Assembly: GCA_012295275.1 (NCBI GenBank)
Contig: CM022672.1
Location: forward strand, 29,326,001-29,390,000
Direction of reading: 5' to 3'
Length of the DNA stretch: 64,000 bases
DNA from: Chrysomallon squamiferum
Taxonomy: Eukaryota; Animalia; Mollusca
Shown here: positions 57,021-64,000 of the stretch, one piece after another
Position numbering within the stretch: the stretch's first letter is position 1
How the letters are laid out: each line of letters starts with the position of its first letter
Notes under the pieces: generated by a model
Seen by the model: the letters and a program-made list of their open reading frames with translations, nothing else
Databases searched by the model: none
Told to the model about the DNA's origin: nothing
Program-made: the position numbers and the translations under genes

Positions 57021-57569
57021 AATAAAATATAATAATAATAAATAAAATTGATAAAATTAAAAAGATAAACCTCACCAAAACAACAACAGCAACAACTACA
57101 GCAATACTAATAATAATGACCATAACGACAATCATCATGAAACATGATGATAAACACGGTATATTTGCCAAATGATGATTATAATTGCAGTACAAAAAGA
57201 AAAATAAAATAAAAAATAAAATAAAACAACAACAACAACAAAGAACATAATAATCAATACAAAAACTTAAGCCGGGCTAACGATAAGCAGATAGAGTTAA
57301 ATATATATATTCTGTTTGATGAAGATAAAATATTTAAATAATTATAAATATTAAAATCACATTAAACTTTTTTGTGAAAAGTCGGATGATTGACTAAACG
57401 AACACATTTAAGATATAGAAGTAGGAGTGGTAGTAGTAGTAGTAGTAGTAGTCGTAGTAGTAGTAGACGACTTCTACTAATATTAATAGAATCCCAATCA
57501 AAATTTAAATATTTGTTACGGAACATAAACTGTTTTATATTGCTATACAGATGAACATTTCATTTCGTG

Positions 57570-57619
<50 letters not shown>

Positions 57620-57817
57620 AATGCAGAATTGATACTTTTATTCTTAAATGATTCTTTGGGGTTTTTTTTAATCTGCAGTATGCGAATCATCAACTATTAG
57701 AAGGTGATATTTCTCATTGTAATATGACATCATTTTTTAGATGACGTCACAAATTAAAACATTATTTTCCCTTACAGATTCATTTATATACTTTATTATT
57801 ATTTTATTTTATTTAAA

Positions 57818-57863
<46 letters not shown>

Positions 57864-58224
57864 TTTTATAAATGTTTTATATTGCTTCAGTACGATTTGC
57901 GTATTGCAATATTTTTATTACTATAATTATCTTTATTGATAAGAATAAATAATGTAAATATATTTTGCAAATTTTATTACTTTTCTTTTCATTTATTATT
58001 ATTATTTTATTTTATTTTATTTTGCGAGTATAATAGCTAAAAATAAGAAAACAAAATGAAAATAAATAAATAGTAAAGACGACGATAAATAAACAAAAGT
58101 ACATTTACAAAACATCGGAGCTGAAAGGTTGAATTCTAAACTGTCTTAAGAACCTATGCATAAATTAACTTAAACAAACCATAAGTTACTAGAAACAAAA
58201 AAATAAATTTAAAAATAAACAAAT

Positions 58225-58258
<34 letters not shown>

Positions 58259-58609
58259 AATAAATAAATATTAAAAAATATAAAAATTAAAAAAATAATA
58301 ATAAAAAATACTTTATTAGTACTTTCTACCAACCAGTAAATAAAATGTACAGAATGTGTTTACGTTAGTAAATAGATAAAATGAAACTGATAAGATGAAT
58401 TGAAATACAGAACGTTTGAAGTTCCTTTACAAATACTAGACGTATTTATTTATTTTTTGGTTTATTCTTTAATTAATTAAATTATTTATTTATATTTTTG
58501 TAAAAATGTTTTATTTATTTATTAATTTTTTCTTTCTTTCTTTTGCGTTACACCTTAATTACCGTTTCTGTTCGTACTGAATTTATCACCGTCTTGTTTG
58601 ATTTTGCAG

Positions 58610-58672
58610 CCATGTACGAGAAAAAGAAAATCGCATGGTTGATAGAAATACCACAGGAGAGGTCAATTTCAG
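58610..58672 (+). CDS. Candidate 63-nt internal exon of the same plus-strand gene
   Basis: Acceptor tttgattttgcag and donor CAG|GTAAGT. Open in phase 1 (PMYEKKKIAWLIEIPQERSIS), compatible with 54268-54310. Confidence 0.4.
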
Positions 58673-59163
58673 GTAAGTAAAGTAGAAATGGAACTGGGAA
58701 AGAAATAATAATATGTATTTAGCTTTAGAGTGATGGTGAATTTGGTAAATTATTAACTTATGTTCCTAACTGGACAGGAGCACGTGTCTGCAAATCATAG
58801 TCGCCATGGCAACCTTCAACTTCAATTTGCTGCAGGGTTTTAGGAAATGAAACAGAGATACAGAAAAAGAAAAAAGAAATTGGTATGGTTTGTTTGCGAG
58901 TGTGTGTACATGCTTTTTTGCATTCTTTTCTTTCTCTTAGTATTAGTATCTAAGTACGTATGTATATAATAGTGCTTTTATTCCTGTATGTATACGAGTG
59001 TGAACATATATTTTTTCTTTGTGTTTTGTGTGTACGTTTGTTTGTATCTGTGTTTGTGTGTGTGTGTCTGTGCGAATAAGAAAATAAGCATCGTTAAAAA
59101 TTAGTTATGTATTTGCTCGAGTAAATTTAAAATACAGCCCAGATATTTGAAGTTAAAAAAAAA

Positions 59164-59220
<57 letters not shown>

Positions 59221-59381
59221 TTAATAATTAGAATAATAATAAAACATAAATATGTGAGAAAAAAAGAATAAAAAGAAAGTAGTATCTCTTTTTTAAAATT
59301 TAAAACTTCAATATGTACAGAAGAATTTAGTCCGAGTGTATATGTAAGTATTTTTGTTTGTGTCGGAGTGTTCCTATGTAT

Positions 59382-59420
<39 letters not shown>

Positions 59421-59730
59421 ATCCATGCGTGGTTACTCAAGTGAGGACGTGTGCGTTTTGTTTTCATGAACGCCTAAGCTGGGCGCGAGATTAGTTCTTC
59501 CGAGTGCAACCTGTCAGACTCTTCCAGTTCTAGCCACGCTTTGTCCTGTCACTGACAAAGTATTTATACATGTGATATAAGACTATTCTAAGTTAAGCGG
59601 GATATATTTATATCTTAAATATCTAGCATTTCAGCAAAAATAATCTTATATATTAAACTTTCTATAAACAAGAACTGCAGTTTATCATATGAAATTAAAT
59701 AAATAAAAAATAAATAAATAAATAAATATA

Positions 59731-59762
<32 letters not shown>

Positions 59763-59938
59763 CTTTTTAAATACTAATACTTGCTTCCTATTTATAATTC
59801 GGCTACGCTCTTAGTTTAAACTGTGTCCACTGTTAAAAGGTTATTACAGGATAGTTGATACAGGATGAACAGCAATAGAAGAGATCAAGTTTAAATAGTT
59901 TTTTCCTAAATTAGTCGAACACAATTCAGTGTGCACTG

Positions 59939-61111
59939 TCAGCTTGTGTTGCTTCGCTTTCTAGGAAATCTGAAAAACGATTTTATTTTTTCCTTCTGAG
60001 CACGAGACAGTTGCCATAGTGAGAACACCACTGGAAGAAAGCACGACGAAAGAAAGCCAACGAACAAAAACACAATGTGAAGGACGTCTTTGTAATCCTC
60101 TCGCGCCACGGGGAACGGACCATCAGGCGACCACGTGACTGTAAAGAACGTCAGAAACGGCAACCACAACACGGCAAACTGTATGGTTATCAAAACTAAA
60201 TATTTGTTTATTCGTTGCTCCTTCGTCCGGTCTCTTTCACTTCCTGTTGTTCCAGTCTGGCGCTCACCTGTTGATAATAATGTGGCTTCGGTCGTGTTGG
60301 TGTTGGCTGATCTGTCGTTTGTGTTAGCAGACTCGTTTAAATTTTGGTTTTCTGCTTCCTCTTCACCAAAAGTGATATTTAAGGGAAGATTATTGACATG
60401 GCCTGGGCTGGCTTTTTTGTCTTTTGACTTGAGTATTATGATGAAAAAGTTGATGGACGTGATGATCAAAGGTAGCAAAAACATGATCACATACATCGCT
60501 GGTACCAAATGTGCCATTTTCGTCTGGCTATTTTCTTTAAGCATGCACAATCCTAAACCTTGATATTTCGGCCCGAGGTGTTCTGAAATGTTGATCGCTT
60601 TGACGTAAACAATAAAAGGTGTAGTCACACATACTGCGGTCGCCCAGGCCAGAAGCGAACACAAAAGCCAGACCCAAAATGGAACTGGAACGCGAATTCG
60701 AACAAACACCCAGAGTCGAACAAGGCTGGCGGCTAGGAGCATGAGACTGGTAACACAAATGGGACACCAGAGCAGCATGGGCAGAATGGAACACATGGCC
60801 GGACCGAAATGCCAGTTGTAAAGGAAAATTTGTATGACGCTTGCTGGAATAACAACGATGCATCTTATGACCTCACAAGTGGCGATATTTCCAACAATAA
60901 AGAAGGTGCTGTCGTTGTATAGCTTCTGCCGAACGATTACGACGATGATGGAGATGTTGCCGATGATGCCGATGACGGCAGCTATTGAAAAGAGCCCAGC
61001 AAAAAGTGGGAGGAGGCAGTGAATTGAAGGTCTTAGGCTGAGTTGCGAGAAATCTTCAGTTTCACTATTAGCTGCTTGCCAACGAGTCAGAATGTTGTTC
61101 ACGTCCGCCAT
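59939..61111 (-). CDS. Class A (rhodopsin-like) orphan peptide-type GPCR, 390 aa, single coding exon
   Basis: Seven hydrophobic segments, TM1 GIIGN, ECL1 NWHFGPAMC, TM4 W...P, ECL2 Cys (GLGLC), TM5 FLLP and TM6 FAVLWLP. The first ATG is in an aagATGG context at 61111. Confidence 0.9.
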   Translation of the reverse strand: MADVNNILTRWQAANSETEDFSQLSLRPSIHCLLPLFAGLFSIAAVIGIIGNISIIVVIVRQKLYNDSTFFIVGNIATCEVIRCIVVIPASVIQIFLYNWHFGPAMCSILPMLLWCPICVTSLMLLAASLVRLWVFVRIRVPVPFWVWLLCSLLAWATAVCVTTPFIVYVKAINISEHLGPKYQGLGLCMLKENSQTKMAHLVPAMYVIMFLLPLIITSINFFIIILKSKDKKASPGHVNNLPLNITFGEEEAENQNLNESANTNDRSANTNTTEATLLSTGERQTGTTGSERDRTKEQRINKYLVLITIQFAVLWLPFLTFFTVTWSPDGPFPVAREDYKDVLHIVFLFVGFLSSCFLPVVFSLWQLSRAQKEKIKSFFRFPRKRSNTS

Positions 61112-62199
61112 CTTATTTAGAATAACCAAAATGCTTTTCCCGTTCCAGAGTATACGTAAAACATTAGTCCGAAGAGTTTCCTTGAATTAATTTAGGTTAT
61201 CAAAGTAAGCTAGACGAGAAATCACCACAGGCAGTAAAGTAATCACGTTTTATAACAAATAATCACTACACAGCACAAATAACCTCACTTATCACGGCTA
61301 GAAATGTGTAGAATTACGTGGAATTGCACAGAATTAGGTTCTGATTTGATGTCGTAAATGTCACGTCATCATTTACTGTCTAACACATTGTTATGTTGTG
61401 GTGAATCGTAGAATTATTACAGAAAATTGAAATCATCCGGTCATTTTGTTTGGTTCTTGTCTTGTAAAATAGTCATGGTAGATTTTGAAAATTTTCGCTG
61501 AGAACCATTCTGTAAATAAATAACACATAAAATCAGTATTACATAAAATAAACGAATCGAAATAAATAAGCAAAAATATTAATCAAATAAATAAAATTAC
61601 AAACACAAAGAAAATTTTATAAATGAAATAAATAAAATCAGAACTTAATTAAAAGAAAGAAATGTCCACAATTAACAAAAAAATAAATAAATAAATAATG
61701 GTAAAATATTTGTAAAGTAAACGAATCAAAATAAAATTTACTAAATAAATAGAATTATCTAAATAAAAAATAAATAAATTTCTCTCTGTAATAACAGGGG
61801 ACAATATAAAATAGAAAAATGTTTAACAAACCGGAAACAGATCATTTTCCGCATTCCGTGTCTCGATAATTCTGGATAATTGAGTAAATAGGCGTTGTTA
61901 GGAAATAGTTTATTTAGCTTGACTTTTATTTTGTTATATTTTATTTTCTTACATACCAACTTATTTTTATATCATTTACCATTTAATTAAATTTAAATTA
62001 TGGATATGTGAACAATTTTTTAATTATTTTTATTTTTATTTTTTCATTTAAATTACAGTATACAGAAAATGATTTTAAATATGTCCAAAGACCGGTATAT
62101 ATACATACAAAAGATCCATCTCTGCTATTTAGTACGACCACTTATTAAAATGGACGAAATCCACTTTCATCTGAGCATCAAACACACCATAAAATTAAA

Positions 62200-62297
<98 letters not shown>

Positions 62298-63394
62298 TTT
62301 TCGAACAAAAGCTAGGTTACAGACGTTACGTTCTGTTTCACATCTAGTTAAACTGGCCCCTTTAGATGATTTTTCCCTATAGAATTTAAAGGCGTCGAGG
62401 CACAGTAGTGTGTTAACGTTTACGTAACAACAGAACTACTACAGTTTAAACTGAGGTTTCGAGTTACGCGATAACAAAATAAGATAACACCTTAACTTGA
62501 CTGCTGTTTGACGGGTACCTGCAGCTGGCCCAGTGCAGAGGCAGTGATGTATTATGTATGGTTTATATTAACATTCATCTTTTTTCAACATGAGAAGCGA
62601 ACTGTAACAGTAAAGATAATGCTGCTTAAACATCTTCTTTAATTGTTAATATGTAATTCATACCACCATAGAGATAATAACATAAAAACTAAGAACACTC
62701 CCACGTGCACCGAGTGAAAACATAACAGTACCATTGAATATTAATTTGTTATTGTTGATATTGCTGTTGTTGTTCTTGTTGTTTTTTTAATTATTTATTT
62801 ATGTATTATTGTCGTTGTTGTTGTTGTTTTTATTGTTATTATTGTTGTTATATAGTTATTCGTTTGAAATAAAATTTACATAGAGATAAAGAATGATTAA
62901 TAAATGAAATATCTTTGCCCTCAATTTGAGAATAAATTACAGTTTATTATTATAAATACTATACATAAATGTCTTTTTCTTATATATAATTAATAATAAT
63001 TGATGAAAAAGATGATGATAAAATAATAACAATCAATAATACTGCATTTTTAAAATAAAAACAGACAATACTTTGTATAAAAGTATTTATTTTATTAAAA
63101 TATACTGCGTAAATGAATATTTTAACTTTTAACAGCCCGTTTAACAAAACCAGACAAACCTAAATGTTTTAAAAGAATATTCCCGAAGGAACCGATAAAA
63201 CTTAACAACCGAAACTAATAGCTCTAGTCACGTGATTTGTTCTGTAGCGGATTCTCTCTTCCTAAAATGACAGTTTTTATCAAAAAACTTTAAGAAATTA
63301 AAAATTTATATATATCTCTTTGTGTTGCATTTCAGTTCGTTAACGTTAATATTAGAAATATAATCTATCACAAAGTGATTTGATTAAATCTTAC

Positions 63395-63660
63395 CTTCTT
63401 TTGAAGATAATTCTGCAGCTTCCGGAAAACAAGCGTTCTGCAGACTCGGCGAGCTCTGTTTCGGCTGCGGGTAACCAGGAATAGTAAAACAACTAATTCG
63501 CGTGCTGCATGGAAAGCGATACTTGTACAGCTAGCAGAGGTTAAAAGCCACGTGCGTATGTTTAACGCAGACAGACGAGTTAGCGCGCGTGCACCACTGT
63601 GATACCGCTTCAGGGAGGCAGCGACTGACTTCAAACAGTTCCAGCATCACACTACTTAGA
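63395..63660 (-). other. Candidate upstream (5' UTR) exon and promoter region of the GPCR
   Basis: CpG-rich patch ending in a strong donor AAG|GTAAGA (intron starts at 63394). Possible acceptors near 61298 or 61210, upstream of the GPCR ATG. Confidence 0.35.
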
Positions 63661-63954
63661 TGTGGTTTCTGAGATCTTTCTTTTTCTTTCTTTCTTTCTT
63701 TTTTCTTTCTTACTTTCTTTCGTTCTTTTTTTTTTTTTTCATCATCTTTTAAGTTGCTTTTTTACTTTTCTTTACTTTTGCTTTGATGGCTTTCTTTGGT
63801 TATTTTGTTATTCATTATTTTTGTTATTGCTGTTCCTTTCATATATTTACCTCTTTTCTTTCTTATTTTTTTCTTTTGTCACTTTGTTTCTTTTTTCTTT
63901 TTTTCTACAACACCTACTAAATAAATAAATAAATAATACTGTGTGTGTGTGTGT

Positions 63955-63998
<44 letters not shown>

Positions 63999-64000
63999 TA

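Noticed and set aside
60135-61022. ORFs overlapping the GPCR on the other strand or frame
   Set aside because: Shadow ORFs of the real CDS.
61112-61129. ORF-track start for the GPCR
   Set aside because: It is a TTG codon. The first ATG in good context is at 61111.

Overview
AT-rich, microsatellite-dense eukaryotic DNA, most likely a gastropod mollusc (inferred from MetaSINE-like relics and repeat content). Protein-coding content: (1) the terminal coding exon of an uncharacterised Ser/Pro/Arg-rich protein (450-1259, minus), whose candidate CRE-bearing promoter/first exon lies about 34 kb away near 35.5 kb; (2) a complete 11-exon TAPT1 gene (40089-50148, minus, 687 aa) with a U12-type minor intron and a long Thr/Asn-rich tail ending in KKxx; (3) a class A GPCR with an uninterrupted CDS and degenerate activation motifs (59939-61111, minus), possibly nested antisense inside an unannotated plus-strand gene starting near 54.1 kb. 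Mobile DNA includes a dead hAT/Buster transposase in a TAPT1 intron, an Academ-like element with XPG/PIN-type nuclease remnants (30416-32279), a pogo/Tc1-like MITE, SINE relics, several minisatellites and local duplications. Most ORFs in the supplied track are microsatellite artefacts. I see no clear new multi-gene system. The best leads are the motif-degenerate and possibly nested GPCR, the duplicated CRE promoter module, the U12/U12-like intron pair and a perfect 23-bp E-box hairpin. All alignments and counts were done by eye.
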